A program made the translations under genes and the position numbers. From an uncultured cyanobacterium (GTDB taxonomy: Bacteria; Cyanobacteriota; Cyanobacteriia; CAKZMO01): a stretch of 64,000 bases of DNA. The stretch spans positions 832,001 to 896,000 of the forward strand of contig CAVRCJ010000010.1 of assembly GCA_963719515.1 (NCBI GenBank). The letters run 5' to 3'. This document shows, one piece after another, positions 48,538-60,622 of the stretch. The notes under the pieces are model-generated. The model was given only the letters and a program-made list of their open reading frames with translations, made no database searches and was not told the origin of the DNA. Position 1 is the first letter of the stretch; each line of letters starts with the position of its first letter.

Positions 48538-49821
48538 CTAGTCGGGCTGTAGTGCCTTGTCCGTTGCGGGGTCAAACAGATGAATATGCGCAGGGTCGAG
48601 GGATAGCCACACCCTGTCGCCCGCTGCCGTCTGCTGCGTCGGCGAGAGGCGAGCCTGCAGATGCTCAGGGACATCAGCAGGGACGTCTACCAGCTGGCCC
48701 ATAACCTGGGTATCGCTTCCCAAGGTCTCCACTCGCTCGATGCGCAGGCAGAGGTTTTTGGGGGCCGGGGGGGAAAGGCTGAGGTGCTCGGGGCGGATGC
48801 CCAGCCAAACCGACGCGCCGTCATAGGGGGCAAGGGCTGACTGCCACCGCTCAGGAAGCGTCAGGCGGAAAGCGGGGTGGGTGATCAGCAAAGGGCTATG
48901 CACCTGCACCCGGAGAAAGTTCATGGGAAGGGTGCCAATGAACTGCGCCACGAATCGATTGGCGGGATGGTGATAGAGCGCCAGCGGCTTGGCTACCTGC
49001 TGAATCTGACCTTGATGCATGACCGCAATGCGATCGCCCATGGTCATCGCTTCGGTCTGGTCGTGGGTGACGTAGAGGGTAGTGGTGCCCAATTGATGCT
49101 GCAGGTCTGAGATTTGGCCCCTCGTCTCGGTACGCAGCTTGGCGTCCAGATTGGACAAAGGCTCATCCATTAAAAACACTTTTGGGTTGCGGGCGATCGC
49201 CCGCCCTAGCGCCACCCGCTGTTTTTGGCCGCCGGAGAGCTGACGCGGCAGACGGGAGAGTAGGGGGTCGATCTGCAGCATGCGGGCCACCTCCCGCACC
49301 CGCTGGCGGATGTCGGCTTCGCGATCGCTCGAATAGTGCCAGCGGGGGGGCAGCGCCCGAGACAGTCGCCCGGTAACTTGCTGCCACCGGCTGGCGGACG
49401 AGAGCCTATCATCTCCCATGCGCCGCAGCCCAAAGGCGAGATTGTCGTACACGCTCATGTGGGGGTAGAGGGCGTAGCTCTGGAATACCATAGCCACGTC
49501 CCGCTGTTTGGGGGGCAGATGGTTTACTTTGCGATCGCCCACCCAAATGTCTCCCGCCGTCAGAGGTTCTAGCCCCGCAATCAGCCGCAGCAGGGTGCTC
49601 TTGCCGCAGCCGGAGGGGCCGACCAGGGCTAGAAACTCCCCCGAGTTGACGGTGAGGCTGATGTCGCGCAGCACGGACACGGCGGCTTGAGAGGCCGCTG
49701 GGGCGTCGCCCAGACCGGGCCGCGCGGGCTTTGACGCAAGCGCCGGAGCAGGATTAGCCGGTGGGTCAGCCTGCCGCTGAGGAAACTGTTTGTAAACGTG
49801 GTCTAGAGTAACGTGGGCCAC
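48538..49821 (-). CDS. Carbohydrate ABC transporter ATPase (MalK-like)
   Basis: [35 protein letters not shown] and [12 protein letters not shown]. Confidence 0.9.
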   Translation of the reverse strand: MAHVTLDHVYKQFPQRQADPPANPAPALASKPARPGLGDAPAASQAAVSVLRDISLTVNSGEFLALVGPSGCGKSTLLRLIAGLEPLTAGDIWVGDRKVNHLPPKQRDVAMVFQSYALYPHMSVYDNLAFGLRRMGDDRLSSASRWQQVTGRLSRALPPRWHYSSDREADIRQRVREVARMLQIDPLLSRLPRQLSGGQKQRVALGRAIARNPKVFLMDEPLSNLDAKLRTETRGQISDLQHQLGTTTLYVTHDQTEAMTMGDRIAVMHQGQIQQVAKPLALYHHPANRFVAQFIGTLPMNFLRVQVHSPLLITHPAFRLTLPERWQSALAPYDGASVWLGIRPEHLSLSPPAPKNLCLRIERVETLGSDTQVMGQLVDVPADVPEHLQARLSPTQQTAAGDRVWLSLDPAHIHLFDPATDKALQPD

Positions 49822-49870
49822 AGCGCGCCTTGAGCAGTAACGGACCTGGATCTGGACCTAAATTCGGGGG

Positions 49871-51250
49871 CTAGTCGCTTTTGAGCCGCCACCCCGGTTT
49901 CACCGACTGACGGGCGCGGGCGATGACCAGAGCATCGTCCGGCACATCTTCAGTGACCGTCGATCCCGCCGCCACCGTCACGTCTGCCCCCAGGTTCAAG
50001 GGAGCAACCAAAACGCTATTGGAGCCGGTTTTGCTGCGATCGCCGATAGTCGTGGGGTGCTTGTTGACGCCGTCGTAGTTGGCGGTAATCGTTCCCGCGC
50101 CGATGTTCACCCGCTCGCCCAGGGTGGCGTCACCTAAATAGGACAGGTGGGCCACGTTGGTGTTGTCCCCAAGGGTCGACTGCTTTAGCTCTACAAAGTT
50201 ACCCACGCGGCAGCTCTCGCCGACTTGGGCCTGTCCTCGCAGGTGGGCGTAGGGGCCAACGCGGCTGCGGGCCTGAACGGTGCTGTCCCGAATGACGGAG
50301 TATAGGGCGGTGACGTCTTCCCCAATCTCGCTATTCTCGATCAAACACCCCGGTCCAATGCGGCTACCGGCTTTAATGACGGTGGTGCCCCGCAGATGGG
50401 TTTGAGGCTCGATAATGACGTCGGGCTCGATGTGGACCGCGTTGTCGATAGTGATGCTGTTGGGGTCTATCAGGGTCACGCCCGCCCGCATCCAATGCTC
50501 ACGCAGGCGGGTTTGGAGAATGTCGTAGGCGGTGGCGAGCTGGACGCGATCGTTAATGCCCAAAATTTCGCCAGGATCCTCGACATCCACCGCCATCACC
50601 GGGGCCATCATACTAATGACGTCGGTGAGGTAGTACTCCTGTTGGTCATTGTTGGTCTGCAGCTTGGGGAGCACCGCCATCAGGGTCTCCCAGCGAAAGC
50701 AGTAGACCCCAGCGTTGATGCGCGGGTTTTGCCGCTGAGCTTTAGTACAGTCGCGGTGCTCAATAATCTGGGTCACCACGTTTTGACCGTCGCAGAACAC
50801 GCGGCCATAGCCCTGGGGATTGGAAAGCTGCGCGGTGAGGAGGGTGGCTTCGTTTTTTTGGCTTTGGTGAATGTCGAGTAGCCGCTGCAGGGTTTCGGCG
50901 CGCAAAAGGGGCACATCGCCGTTGAGCACCAGCAGGTCTCCGGTAAAATCCTGCAGGTGGGGAATCAGCTGCTGAGCGGCGTGGCCGGTGCCCAGCTGTT
51001 CTGTCTGCTCCACAAATTCTATTGCGGGCTCCGAACCATTGGCCTGCTCTGACGCGCTGGCCGTTAGCGATCGCCGCACTTGCTCTTTCTCATATCCCAC
51101 AATCACGAGCCGCCGCTCGGGAGCCAGCGGGCTGAGGCTCAACAGCACGTTCTCGACCAGCGATCGCCCCCCCAGCTCATGTAAGACTTTGGGCAGTCGA
51201 GATTTCATTCGCGTGCCGCGTCCGGCTGCCAAAATTGCTACTGCTACCAT
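49871..51250 (-). CDS. glmU: Bifunctional UDP-GlcNAc pyrophosphorylase / acetyltransferase
   Basis: [26 protein letters not shown] and NYDGVNKH. Confidence 0.97.
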   Translation of the reverse strand: MVAVAILAAGRGTRMKSRLPKVLHELGGRSLVENVLLSLSPLAPERRLVIVGYEKEQVRRSLTASASEQANGSEPAIEFVEQTEQLGTGHAAQQLIPHLQDFTGDLLVLNGDVPLLRAETLQRLLDIHQSQKNEATLLTAQLSNPQGYGRVFCDGQNVVTQIIEHRDCTKAQRQNPRINAGVYCFRWETLMAVLPKLQTNNDQQEYYLTDVISMMAPVMAVDVEDPGEILGINDRVQLATAYDILQTRLREHWMRAGVTLIDPNSITIDNAVHIEPDVIIEPQTHLRGTTVIKAGSRIGPGCLIENSEIGEDVTALYSVIRDSTVQARSRVGPYAHLRGQAQVGESCRVGNFVELKQSTLGDNTNVAHLSYLGDATLGERVNIGAGTITANYDGVNKHPTTIGDRSKTGSNSVLVAPLNLGADVTVAAGSTVTEDVPDDALVIARARQSVKPGWRLKSD

Positions 51251-51413
51251 AGTTGGGCAAGACTAATTTCTTTGAATCTCAAGGGTTCCCTAAATTGCAG
51301 TTGGCTTGAGTTCTGGATTTCTGGATTTAGAGATCTCAAGCAGACGCCAAAGCAGGGGTTAGGCTATAGCCACGGCTACCATACTACTATTAGGGGCAGC
51401 ACGGTAAGAGTGA

Positions 51414-52436
51414 ATGCAATTTATTGACCAGGCGACGGTAGGTGTTCGGGCAGGTGACGGCGGCGACGGGCTGGTCGCTTTCCGACGAGAAAAGTTCGTG
51501 CCGGCCGGCGGGCCGGCGGGGGGCAACGGCGGCCCCGGCGGCTCAATTATCCTCAAGGCTTCCAACCAGCTCCAGACCCTGCTGGACTTCAAGTACAACC
51601 ACCAGTTTCTCGCCAAAAACGGCGTGCGGGGCGGCAACAGCAACAAGACGGGAGCCTCAGGAGAGGACCGGGTCATTGAGGTGCCCTGCGGGACGGTAGT
51701 CTACAACGATGAGACCGGCGAGGTGCTGGGAGATCTTGTTGAGCCAGGGGAAACGCTCTGCGTTGCTCAAGGCGGCAAAGGGGGCCTGGGAAATCGGCAT
51801 TTTCTCAGCAACCGCAACCGCGCTCCGGAGCATGCGCTGCCGGGACTACCGGGGGAAGCGCGCACCATTCGCCTAGAGCTGAAGCTGCTGGCGGAAGTGG
51901 GCATCATTGGGCTCCCCAACGCCGGAAAGTCCACCCTGATTTCCGCGCTCTCCTCCGCCCGACCCAAGGTGGCCGACTACCCCTTCACGACCTTGATCCC
52001 CAACTTGGGGGTCGTTCGCAAGCCCTCTGGCGACGGCACCGTCTTTGCCGACATTCCTGGCTTAATTGAGGGGGCTCACCAAGGCAGCGGCTTAGGGCAT
52101 GAATTTCTACGCCACATTGAGCGTACCCGGCTGCTGCTGCACCTCGTCGATGGCACCGAGCCCGACCCCACCGAGGCCTATCGGACCATCCAGGCCGAGC
52201 TGCAGGCCTATGGCCAAGGGCTAGCGGCGCGGCCTCAAATCTTGGCCCTCAATAAAATTGATGCCCTCCCTGAAGAAGAGGTTGGCGAAAAGGCCGCTGC
52301 TCTCCAACAGCTCAGCGGCGAGGCTGTACATGTGGTTTCGGCGGTGTCCCGCGCGGGGCTAGAGCCGATGCTGAACGAGATTTGGCAGCGGCTCGACCAG
52401 ATGGACCGGGAGCAGGAAACTGCTAACCCGATCTAG
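51414..52436 (+). CDS. obgE: GTPase ObgE/CgtA
   Basis: [28 protein letters not shown] and DIPGLIEGA. Confidence 0.97.
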   Translation: MQFIDQATVGVRAGDGGDGLVAFRREKFVPAGGPAGGNGGPGGSIILKASNQLQTLLDFKYNHQFLAKNGVRGGNSNKTGASGEDRVIEVPCGTVVYNDETGEVLGDLVEPGETLCVAQGGKGGLGNRHFLSNRNRAPEHALPGLPGEARTIRLELKLLAEVGIIGLPNAGKSTLISALSSARPKVADYPFTTLIPNLGVVRKPSGDGTVFADIPGLIEGAHQGSGLGHEFLRHIERTRLLLHLVDGTEPDPTEAYRTIQAELQAYGQGLAARPQILALNKIDALPEEEVGEKAAALQQLSGEAVHVVSAVSRAGLEPMLNEIWQRLDQMDREQETANPI

Positions 52437-52442
52437 CTCTCG

Positions 52443-54599
52443 CTAACGGGAGGGGCGATCGCCAGCAGGGGTGGGTTGGGGGGCAAGTCGCCCCGCGCTC
52501 GGCTTGGCGGCGGGGATGACGGTTTGCAGGGCAGCGGTGCGGCCCTTAGCGTAGTTGATGCTGTAGCTGCGAACCAGTAGCCCAAAGTAAAGTCTTGGAA
52601 AAACGGCCTCTAATCTAGGTTGGACTCTGGCAACTAGGCCCGGCACCCAGGCAAACAGGCCGCTGAGCAGCGCGTCTAGGGTAAAGCTGAGATAGCTGCC
52701 ACTCCACCGCAGAAAATCTTTGGGGCCCGCCAGCTGCCAAATCCAGCCAATGAGGGCCGGGTTGCGCCAAGCCGCTTTGAGGGCCATCCGGTTAAAGGTC
52801 ACCCACCCGGCCCGATCTTTGATAAAGTCGTCGGCGACTTGGCTGGACTCGCTAGCCAAGATGCCAAAAAAGGTGTTAAGCATTGCGTTAATCCGCTCGG
52901 GGGGAATGAATTTGCCCGTCGGCACCATCATTCCTTTCGAGAAGAGCCAGGTTACAGCGACGTTGCTTTGAAACGAGCGAATCTGATTGAGGTGACGAGC
53001 CTGCAGCAGATCGTGGCGCAGAGCGACGTCAAGCAGGTGAGTCAGGCGCGGCAGATTGCGCACCAGAGATCCAAAGCCAGTGAACACTAGGGGCGACTGC
53101 AGCGAGGCGGCGTCGCCAATGGCAACCAGGCGATCGTAGGCCACCTGGCGATCGCTGGCCCGGACGCTAAAGTGGCCAGGAATATAGCCAAACGTGGGCT
53201 TACGCCAGGTCAGCTCCTCCATATCGCAGCGGCGGTACTCAGGCAGGATGGTGAAAAAGTCCTCGTACATCTCCAGCAGCGACCCCGGATTGCGGGGATC
53301 AACCTGGTGGTAGTGGAACAGATAGAAGGTCAGCTCGCCGTTTTCGCCGGGAAACAGCTCCCAGATGAGCTGCCGCCCTCGTGAGATATCACCGTGGCTG
53401 TTGAGCACATCCCCGAAGCGGCTATCCCACACCGCTTTGTCAAACCCGCTTGAGATGATGCCGCCCACCGTCGGACAGACGCTATCGAAAGCCCGCCCCC
53501 CATTGAGCTGCCAGGCAATGGGAGAAGCGGTGCCCATGGCATCGACCAGAAGGCGCGATCGCCATCGGGCTGTGGTGTTGGTGGGCAGGTGCGTTGTTTC
53601 TAGGGTGACGCCCTCAGCGTCAATGGCCGCCTGCACAAACTCGGTCTGGTCTTCAATGCGCCCGCCTGCAGCCCGCAAGATGTCGCCGCATCGCGCCAGC
53701 AGCGCGTCTGACTTGAGGGCGATATTGAGCACGGTTGGGGTGTGCAGGACGGAGGCTCTGGCCTGGGGCGGGTTGTTGGCGTCGAAAAACTTGTGAAACC
53801 CATCGACATACTCGCAGGCAATCAGCTCATCCACCTCGGCGGCGCTCAGCAGCTCCAGGTCGACCAGGGTCTGCAGCTCGTCGCGAGAAATATTCCACTC
53901 GCGGTTCATTCGGCCAAAGGGCAGGCGCTCCAGCAGCAGCACCCGGTACCCGAGTTTGGCCATTAGGGCGGCGTGAATGACCCCGAGAGCCCCCCCCACG
54001 TAGGCCAAATCGTAAGTCTCTCCCTCAGGTTCTATGCCGCCACTATTCACTTCGCCAGAACGACCAGGCGAACGACTGGGCAGCGGCCCTGGGACAATCA
54101 CCTGACGCGGAGCTTTGGGCGATCGCACACCCTCTCTCCAGCGCCGCTCCCACCAGTAGGCCCGCGTCAGATCGCGCTCCCCCTGAGGCATTTTGCGAAA
54201 GTAATGCACCGTTTTAGGGTATTTCGCTGACAAAGCGTCAAAAATAGACTGCTGGTCTAGGTCGATGGGCGCCAATTCGGGATACTGGTTGGGAAAAGCC
54301 CGACGAATATCGGCTTCGAGCTGATTGACGATTGCTTTTTCCTCCAGCAGGGCTGAGCCCCAGCGAAAGGCCTTTAGGTAGGTTGTTCGCTGAAGCGACC
54401 AAACAAACAGCGTCAGTCGGGCAGGCGAAGTCATCTGCCCAGCCGAGCTATCCGCCTGGGAAGACTGAATGATGCAGCCCTCTGTCGCCGACAGCTTGCG
54501 CCCTGCAACTGGCTGAAACTGCTGCTGCAACCAGTCTCGTACGGCGTCGGTGTCTGGGGTGGGCACCTCTATATATAAGAGCTCTAGAATATCAGCCAT
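52443..54599 (-). CDS. cruA: FAD-dependent oxidoreductase, probably CruA-type lycopene cyclase
   Basis: YVGGALG, MNREWNISR, DSVCPTVG, QLIWELFP and IGDAASLQSPLVFTGFGS; about 700 aa, which fits CruA better than CruP. Confidence 0.7.
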   Translation of the reverse strand: MADILELLYIEVPTPDTDAVRDWLQQQFQPVAGRKLSATEGCIIQSSQADSSAGQMTSPARLTLFVWSLQRTTYLKAFRWGSALLEEKAIVNQLEADIRRAFPNQYPELAPIDLDQQSIFDALSAKYPKTVHYFRKMPQGERDLTRAYWWERRWREGVRSPKAPRQVIVPGPLPSRSPGRSGEVNSGGIEPEGETYDLAYVGGALGVIHAALMAKLGYRVLLLERLPFGRMNREWNISRDELQTLVDLELLSAAEVDELIACEYVDGFHKFFDANNPPQARASVLHTPTVLNIALKSDALLARCGDILRAAGGRIEDQTEFVQAAIDAEGVTLETTHLPTNTTARWRSRLLVDAMGTASPIAWQLNGGRAFDSVCPTVGGIISSGFDKAVWDSRFGDVLNSHGDISRGRQLIWELFPGENGELTFYLFHYHQVDPRNPGSLLEMYEDFFTILPEYRRCDMEELTWRKPTFGYIPGHFSVRASDRQVAYDRLVAIGDAASLQSPLVFTGFGSLVRNLPRLTHLLDVALRHDLLQARHLNQIRSFQSNVAVTWLFSKGMMVPTGKFIPPERINAMLNTFFGILASESSQVADDFIKDRAGWVTFNRMALKAAWRNPALIGWIWQLAGPKDFLRWSGSYLSFTLDALLSGLFAWVPGLVARVQPRLEAVFPRLYFGLLVRSYSINYAKGRTAALQTVIPAAKPSAGRLAPQPTPAGDRPSR

Positions 54600-54930
54600 A
54601 TCTCTCAGACAAAGGGTAGCGGTTTCAGCGTGGGCGTGACTCTGAGCTAAAGTGTATACGAATTTACGACATGCCCCGTAGCCGAGGTAAACGACCTATC
54701 AAAGGCAGCTTTGGACAAAGTTAGTTTTGAATAGGGCTTGGCATAAAGCGGTTGCCTACAGTATTATGATAGACCGTGGGTTAGAAAAATACTGTAGGCT
54801 TTGGCGTTAGTACGCTTTGAGGGTATTCCGAGAAGAATCCTGATATAAGGTGCGGCTTACGCCTCAGGCACGGCTCTAAACACGTTCGCGGTTTGGTCGC
54901 GAAGTAGACGCGGATCTTACGAGGCTGGTC

Positions 54931-55293
54931 ATGAATGCACAAGAAATTATTCGGTCAATTGAGTCCACTCATATAAAGTCCGATTTGCCCACTATTCACG
55001 TGGGTGACACGATCCGAGTTGGTGTTCGCATCAGCGAGGGCGGAAAAGAGCGCATACAGCCTTACGAAGGCACCGTGATTGCAATGCGTAATGGCGGGAT
55101 CAGCGAGACGATTACGGTTCGCCGCGTTTTTCAGGGCGTAGGCGTTGAGCGGGTATTCTTGCTGCACTCGCCGAAAATCGCCAACATCAAAATCCTGCGG
55201 CGCGGTAAGGCTCGCCGGGCTAAGCTCTACTATCTGCGCGATCGTGTGGGTAAGGCAACTCGCCTGAAGCAGCGATTCGATCGGGCGCTTTAG
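54931..55293 (+). CDS. rplS: 50S ribosomal protein L19
   Basis: [20 protein letters not shown] and RRAKLYYLR. Confidence 0.98.
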   Translation: MNAQEIIRSIESTHIKSDLPTIHVGDTIRVGVRISEGGKERIQPYEGTVIAMRNGGISETITVRRVFQGVGVERVFLLHSPKIANIKILRRGKARRAKLYYLRDRVGKATRLKQRFDRAL

Positions 55294-55439
55294 GGCCACA
55301 GCAGTACTCTTTTGAGGGGGTCTGTAGGTTTACAATCTGGTTTGCTGACCAAGTCTTAGTGCTCAGCTTCGCCTGAAATGATATATTCTATGAGGCGGGG
55401 TGCCGTGAAGTTTCCGCCATGCCACCCACAAGTCTGTAT

Positions 55440-55512
55440 GCGTCCTTAGTTCAGTTGGTAGAACGCAGGTCTCCAAAACCTGATGTCGAGGGTTCGAGTC
55501 CTTCAGGGCGCG
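55440..55512 (+). tRNA. trnW: tRNA-Trp (CCA)
   Basis: Acceptor GCGTCCT/AGGGCGC, anticodon loop CTCCAAA and T-loop GGTTCGAGTCC; canonical position before secE; 3' CCA not encoded. Confidence 0.96.
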
Positions 55513-55632
55513 CTCATTTCTTGGAAGTGGCTGAGCACAGGTAACTGAAAGAGTATTGCTCACGGGGCTCCGCTAGTCGCTACAGCATCGAAACGCAACA
55601 TCGTACAAGCTAACGTTAAGGAATTTAGGGCT

Positions 55633-55881
55633 GTGGCAAAGAAGAAGGAGACAACTGCTAAGGACAGCAAGAAAAAAGAGGCAGAGTCCAAAGAGTCTTC
55701 TGGCTTTCAAGCAGCAGAGTTTATTCAAGGAACTCGCGAAGAGCTAGGTAAAGTAGTTTGGCCAAGTCGCCAGCAGCTAATCAGTGAGTCGATTGCCGTA
55801 GTTCTGATGGTGACGCTCTCCGCAACGGTTATCTATCTGATTGATGCGCTGTTTGGTTGGGCTGCAAGGCAGGTGTTCTAA
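55633..55881 (+). CDS. secE: Preprotein translocase SecE
   Basis: EELGKVVWPSRQQL plus one TM segment; synteny. Confidence 0.95.
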   Translation: MAKKKETTAKDSKKKEAESKESSGFQAAEFIQGTREELGKVVWPSRQQLISESIAVVLMVTLSATVIYLIDALFGWAARQVF

Positions 55882-55883
55882 AC

Positions 55884-56516
55884 ATGGCTTCATTTGACGA
55901 GACCGAGCTTGAGTCTGAAATCGAAGTGCCTGAAGGCGAAGGGCGCGACAAGGTCCCCGCCCGTTGGTATGCTATCCAGGTCGCCTCGGGCTGCGAGCGG
56001 CGAGTAAAGATGAGCCTCGAGCAGCGCATTGAGACCATGGAAGTCGCCGATCGAATTCTAGAGATCGAGATTCCCCAAACTCACATTCTCAAGCCCCAGA
56101 AAAGCGGTAAGCCCAAGGAGATTTCCGAGAAGGTATTTCCGGGCTATGTTTTGCTGCGCATGAAAATGGATGACGACGTTTGGCAGGTGGTCAAAAGCAC
56201 CCCCAACGTCATCAACTTTGTCGGCGCAGAGCAGCGGCGGCGCTATGGTCGGGGACGCGGCCACGTTAAGCCCATGCCGCTCAGCCGAGGGGAAATTGAG
56301 CGCATCTTTAAGCAGTCTGAAGAACAAAAGGCTGTGGTCAAAGTTGACATGGCCGAGGGCGATAAGATATTAGTCCTCTCTGGGCCGTTCAAGGACTTTG
56401 AGGGTGAGGTGATTGAGGTCAGCCCAGAGCGCAGCAAGCTGAAGGCGCTGCTGTCGATCTTTGGCCGCGACACCCCCGTAGAACTAGAGTTTAACCAGGT
56501 TGAAAAGCAGAATTAG
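55884..56516 (+). CDS. nusG: Transcription factor NusG
   Basis: [26 protein letters not shown] and [10 protein letters not shown]. Confidence 0.97.
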   Translation: MASFDETELESEIEVPEGEGRDKVPARWYAIQVASGCERRVKMSLEQRIETMEVADRILEIEIPQTHILKPQKSGKPKEISEKVFPGYVLLRMKMDDDVWQVVKSTPNVINFVGAEQRRRYGRGRGHVKPMPLSRGEIERIFKQSEEQKAVVKVDMAEGDKILVLSGPFKDFEGEVIEVSPERSKLKALLSIFGRDTPVELEFNQVEKQN

Positions 56517-56518
56517 CG

Positions 56519-56944
56519 ATGCCGAAAAAAGTTGTTTCTATCATTAAGCTGGCGATTCCTGCTGGAAAAGCCAACCCTGCGCCGCCCATCGGGCCAGCGC
56601 TAGGTCAGCATGGCGTGAACATTATGGCGTTTTGCAAAGAGTACAACGCCCGGACGTCCGATCAAGTCGGCCTTGTGGTGCCGGTCGAGATCTCGGTGTT
56701 TGAGGACAGAAGCTTCACCTTCATCCTTAAGACCCCTCCGGCGTCTGTTTTGATCAAAAAAGCCATGGGAGTTGAGAAAGGATCGGGAACGCCTAACACC
56801 GTCAAGGTGGGCTCCTTGACCCGCGCTCAGCTCCAGGAGATCGCGCAAACCAAAATGCCTGACCTCAACGCCAACGACATCGAAGCTGCGATGCGTATTG
56901 TGGAAGGCACAGCGCGCAACATGGGCGTGACCATATCGGATTAG
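56519..56944 (+). CDS. rplK: 50S ribosomal protein L11
   Basis: [17 protein letters not shown]. Confidence 0.98.
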   Translation: MPKKVVSIIKLAIPAGKANPAPPIGPALGQHGVNIMAFCKEYNARTSDQVGLVVPVEISVFEDRSFTFILKTPPASVLIKKAMGVEKGSGTPNTVKVGSLTRAQLQEIAQTKMPDLNANDIEAAMRIVEGTARNMGVTISD

Positions 56945-57072
56945 CTGAGGCACGGCGCACCCTGCTCCAATCAGGGCATTGCCGTTTTGCCTGAAACGCG
57001 CTAATGTAGAAGACTGTGACTTTTAGATGGGGGAGAGGCTAACGGCTTCGTCTGCACCCCAAGGAGAAACCT

Positions 57073-57792
57073 ATGACCAAGGCGCGATCGCGTCGATTTC
57101 AGGCGCTAGCAACCAAGGTTCAAGAGAGAGCCTACGAGCCTATTGAGGCGCTAGCCCTGCTGCGGGAAACGGCAACCGCCAAGTTTCCTGAGTCTGCTGA
57201 GGCCCATATTCGCCTCGGCATCGATCCCAAGTACACCGACCAACAGCTGCGGACCACCGTCGTCCTTCCGCAAGGAACCGGCCAGGCTGTTCGAATTGCG
57301 GTGATTGCCCGGGGCGAGAAAGTAGCGGAGGCCAATGAGGCTGGCGCTGACTTAGTTGGCTCGGAAGAGCTGATTGCGGAAATCCAGAAAGAAGAGATGC
57401 TGGATTTTGACGTTCTTATCGCCACCCCAGACATGATGCCCCAGGTGGCAAAGCTAGGCCGACTGTTGGGTCCACGTGGCCTAATGCCTTCTCCCAAGGG
57501 CGGCACCGTCACCTTCGACCTGCCTCAAGCGATTAACGAGTTCAAGGCGGGTAAGCTTGAATTTCGCGCCGACCGCACCGGCATCGTTCACGTGCTGTTT
57601 GGCAAAGCCACGTTTCCAGCTGAGGATCTGTTGACTAACCTCAAAGCGCTGCAGGAAACCATCGATCGCAACCGCCCCTCAGGCGCGAAGGGTCGATACT
57701 GGCGGAGCGTTTACGTCTCTGCTACCATGGGTCCTGCCATCCAGGTAGACGTCAGCGCCTTGCGAGATATGAAGATGGACGAGGCGGCTTAG
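57073..57792 (+). CDS. rplA: 50S ribosomal protein L1
   Basis: [13 protein letters not shown] and [16 protein letters not shown]. Confidence 0.98.
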   Translation: MTKARSRRFQALATKVQERAYEPIEALALLRETATAKFPESAEAHIRLGIDPKYTDQQLRTTVVLPQGTGQAVRIAVIARGEKVAEANEAGADLVGSEELIAEIQKEEMLDFDVLIATPDMMPQVAKLGRLLGPRGLMPSPKGGTVTFDLPQAINEFKAGKLEFRADRTGIVHVLFGKATFPAEDLLTNLKALQETIDRNRPSGAKGRYWRSVYVSATMGPAIQVDVSALRDMKMDEAA

Positions 57793-57930
57793 ACTGGCTA
57801 TGGCTAGTTTGAGCCACGGGGGCTAAGCCTTTGACAGGCGAGAATTAGTCCGTCTACCTCAAATCTGTTCAGGTTTCAAATTGTAGCGGAGTCAAACCAT
57901 CGGCCATAAGGTCTCCAACTAAATAGCGAC

Positions 57931-58088
57931 GCCGAAGACAGCAGGTCATCCGTAATTCCTGCCTAGGTTTGTTGAGGTTTTCCGTAGCGCTCAAACGCTG
58001 CGATCGCCATTGGCTTGTCCCCACAGGCCAAGGCAGACATCAACCCTAGGCAACCCCTGCATCCCGGCTCCCATAGTCGGGATTTTTT
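57931..58088 (+). promoter_or_regulatory. L10 leader (rplJ autoregulatory RNA) with terminator-like hairpin
   Basis: CCGAAGACAGCAGG...CCTGCCTAGG motif and ATCCCGGCT/AGTCGGGAT plus T-run upstream of rplJ. Confidence 0.75.
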
Positions 58089-58163
58089 GTGGCCGATGAT
58101 GCGCTACAAGCTTTGATTCTCAAAGCGTGAACATGTAACCCCAAAACAAGGAGGTGAAGTTGA

Positions 58164-58733
58164 ATGGGGAGAACCCTAGAGGACAAAAAAGCGATCGTTG
58201 CGGATCTCAAAGAGACCCTCAGCGACGTGCAGTTAGCCCTAGTCATCGACTACAAAGGGCTGTCAGTTTCTGAAATCACTGACCTGCGCGGTCGCCTACG
58301 AGAGAGCGGAGCCGTCTGCAAAATCACCAAAAATACGCTCATGCGGATTGCGGTGGAAGGCGACAGCGCCTGGGAACCGATGACGGAGTTCCTAAAAGAG
58401 TCGTCGGCGTTTCTTCTTCTTAAAGATGATCTGGGTAAAGGCATCAAAGCCTACCAGGCCTTTCAGAAGGACACCAAAAAGACGGAGCTGCGCGGCGGCG
58501 TCATGGAAGGCCAGACGCTCAGTGAAGATGACGTCAAAGCCATTACTGAGCTACCGACGAAGGAAGAGCTTATCGCCCGCATCGCTGGTGCGATCAACTC
58601 GATTCCAACCAAGCTGGCCGTGGGCACCAAAGCGGTACCGACCAAGCTGGCCGTGGGCGTTCGAGAAGTGCCTGCGTCTCTGGCGCGTGCGCTCCAGGCC
58701 GTGGCGACCAAGGACGATGCCGACGCGGCGTAA
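58164..58733 (+). CDS. rplJ: 50S ribosomal protein L10
   Basis: [22 protein letters not shown] and LPTKEEL. Confidence 0.97.
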   Translation: MGRTLEDKKAIVADLKETLSDVQLALVIDYKGLSVSEITDLRGRLRESGAVCKITKNTLMRIAVEGDSAWEPMTEFLKESSAFLLLKDDLGKGIKAYQAFQKDTKKTELRGGVMEGQTLSEDDVKAITELPTKEELIARIAGAINSIPTKLAVGTKAVPTKLAVGVREVPASLARALQAVATKDDADAA

Positions 58734-58802
58734 AGCCTGTCGTCGTATCGGATCACTGTTTTACCAATTGTTTACACCCTATCTATTACCGAGAGGAACG
58801 TT

Positions 58803-59207
58803 ATGTCTGAAGCTACCGATCAGATTCTAGAGCAGCTCAAGTCCATCTCTCTGCTAGAGGCTTCTGAGCTCGTCAAGCAGATTGAAGAAGCCTTTGGCGT
58901 CGATGCCTCTGCCTCCGCCGGCGGCGGCATGATGATGATGGCTCCTGGTGCTGGCGCTGGCGCTGCTGCTCCGGCAGAAGAAGTCGAAGAGAAGACTGAA
59001 TTCGACGTGGTGCTGGAAGAGGTCCCATCCGATAAGAAGATCGCTATTCTCAAGGTGGTCCGCTCCCTCACCGGTCTGGGCCTAAAAGAAGCCAAGGACA
59101 TGGTGGAGTCTACGCCTAAGGCAATCAAAGAAGCGGTTGCCAAAGATGCAGCTGAAGAAGCCAAGAAGTCGCTGGAAGATGCTGGGGCGAAGGTCTCGGT
59201 TAAGTAG
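58803..59207 (+). CDS. rplL: 50S ribosomal protein L7/L12
   Basis: [10 protein letters not shown] and [12 protein letters not shown]. Confidence 0.98.
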   Translation: MSEATDQILEQLKSISLLEASELVKQIEEAFGVDASASAGGGMMMMAPGAGAGAAAPAEEVEEKTEFDVVLEEVPSDKKIAILKVVRSLTGLGLKEAKDMVESTPKAIKEAVAKDAAEEAKKSLEDAGAKVSVK

Positions 59208-59415
59208 TGAACTTCTGGCATCGATGCCTGATTAGCGAGCTGACCCGCACAAGCAGCTGTTTGCTCTAAGCTCAGTTGGGCGGGTCAATTAGGAAAAAGC
59301 GATCGCTGAGCCGAAGGATTTTACCGCTGCGTAAACCTCTGAAGCTCTGGCGATCGCTTTTTTGTGGAAAGGCAAAGTCTGTCTGTGCGAAGTCGAGACC
59401 CACTTCAAGCAAGCT

Positions 59416-60108
59416 CTAAATCCAGTGGCTCAGCTGCCAAGCGGCGATCGCACTCCCCAAAGGTACCGTCAGGTTGTCGACACCCAAAATCGACACGGCC
59501 TCCAGCACCGTTGCCAGCACCGCGATCGCCACCGCCGTCAGCCCAGCCGACCCAGCATCCCCCAGCGCGGCCCACAGCACCCCGCCGCTCACCAGGCCGC
59601 TCACTAGCGCCATCGCCGTCGAGCCTTCCCAGCTCTTCTTCATTCCCAAAAACTCGTAAGGGTGGGCCCCAAATCGCTGTCCCACCAGGGCCGCCATCCC
59701 GTCCCCCCAAGCCATCACCAGCACCCCCAGCGCCGCATACTCCGGGTGCCCCAACGGCCAAAACACCGCAATCAGCAGGCCAATGCTGAGGGAATAAAAG
59801 CAGGTGCCAAAGCTGCGGCGACCGACGCTGTTAATCGCGGGCAGCACCGGACGCCAGTAAGACAGCAGCGTTACGCCACTCGCAAGGATAGAGGCGCTGA
59901 CGCCAATCCAGGCAGGAATGTTGAGCCACCAGGCCAGCAGAATTACGTTGCCCGTGCCGATATGCACCACCTTGCGGACTGCCTCCGAGCTGCGATCGCT
60001 CCGGTGGGCCCAGATAGCGATCGACGCCACCAGCCCCAGCCAGACTGCCATCGGCAAGAGCCTAACGTAGAGCGGACCCAAGGCAACATCCACAGCCGTC
60101 ACTCCCAT
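59416..60108 (-). CDS. Phytol / polyprenol kinase family membrane protein
   Basis: RKVVHIGTG, WGDGMAALVG, KKSWEGS and GVDNLTVP. Confidence 0.85.
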   Translation of the reverse strand: MGVTAVDVALGPLYVRLLPMAVWLGLVASIAIWAHRSDRSSEAVRKVVHIGTGNVILLAWWLNIPAWIGVSASILASGVTLLSYWRPVLPAINSVGRRSFGTCFYSLSIGLLIAVFWPLGHPEYAALGVLVMAWGDGMAALVGQRFGAHPYEFLGMKKSWEGSTAMALVSGLVSGGVLWAALGDAGSAGLTAVAIAVLATVLEAVSILGVDNLTVPLGSAIAAWQLSHWI

Positions 60109-60115
60109 AAACTCG

Positions 60116-60499
60116 CTAGTCAGACGCCTGTCCGGTTCGTCGCCCTAGCTCGTAGATACCGCAGGCCATAGCGGCCAGGATGCCTGTACTAATGCCCCAG
60201 CTGCGGCCTAGGCCAACGTCGATCAAATAGTTGAGCAGGCCGCCCGCAATTAGAAACGGTACAATGCTCAGCAAAGACGCCAGAAAAGCATTTTGAGATT
60301 CCCACCCCTTGCGGGCCTTTTCCATTTCTTCCGGCGAGGTATAGAGAAACTGCTCAGCAAAGTTGAACCAGCGGTTAAGCTGCAGCGTCACCCAATCCCC
60401 AACAGGCGATAGCCCTAGGTAGAGCGCCAAGGACCAAAGCGACGCACCGGCTAGAGCAACGCGATCAATTGAAATGCGGAATGGGACCCAATCGAACAT
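60116..60499 (-). CDS. Conserved hypothetical membrane protein
   Basis: Hydrophobic ORF with LWSLALY and GIYELGR, immediately upstream of the kinase. Confidence 0.7.
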   Translation of the reverse strand: MFDWVPFRISIDRVALAGASLWSLALYLGLSPVGDWVTLQLNRWFNFAEQFLYTSPEEMEKARKGWESQNAFLASLLSIVPFLIAGGLLNYLIDVGLGRSWGISTGILAAMACGIYELGRRTGQASD

Positions 60500-60622
60500 A
60501 GGATGTGGCAAAACCCGCTGATTTGTTTAATTATGCTAATCTAAATCCGCCAGTTTTGGCGGGGTTGACAGAAGAGGGCCACATGAAGCCCTACGCCAAT
60601 AGAGGCGGTCGGTGTGTTTTAG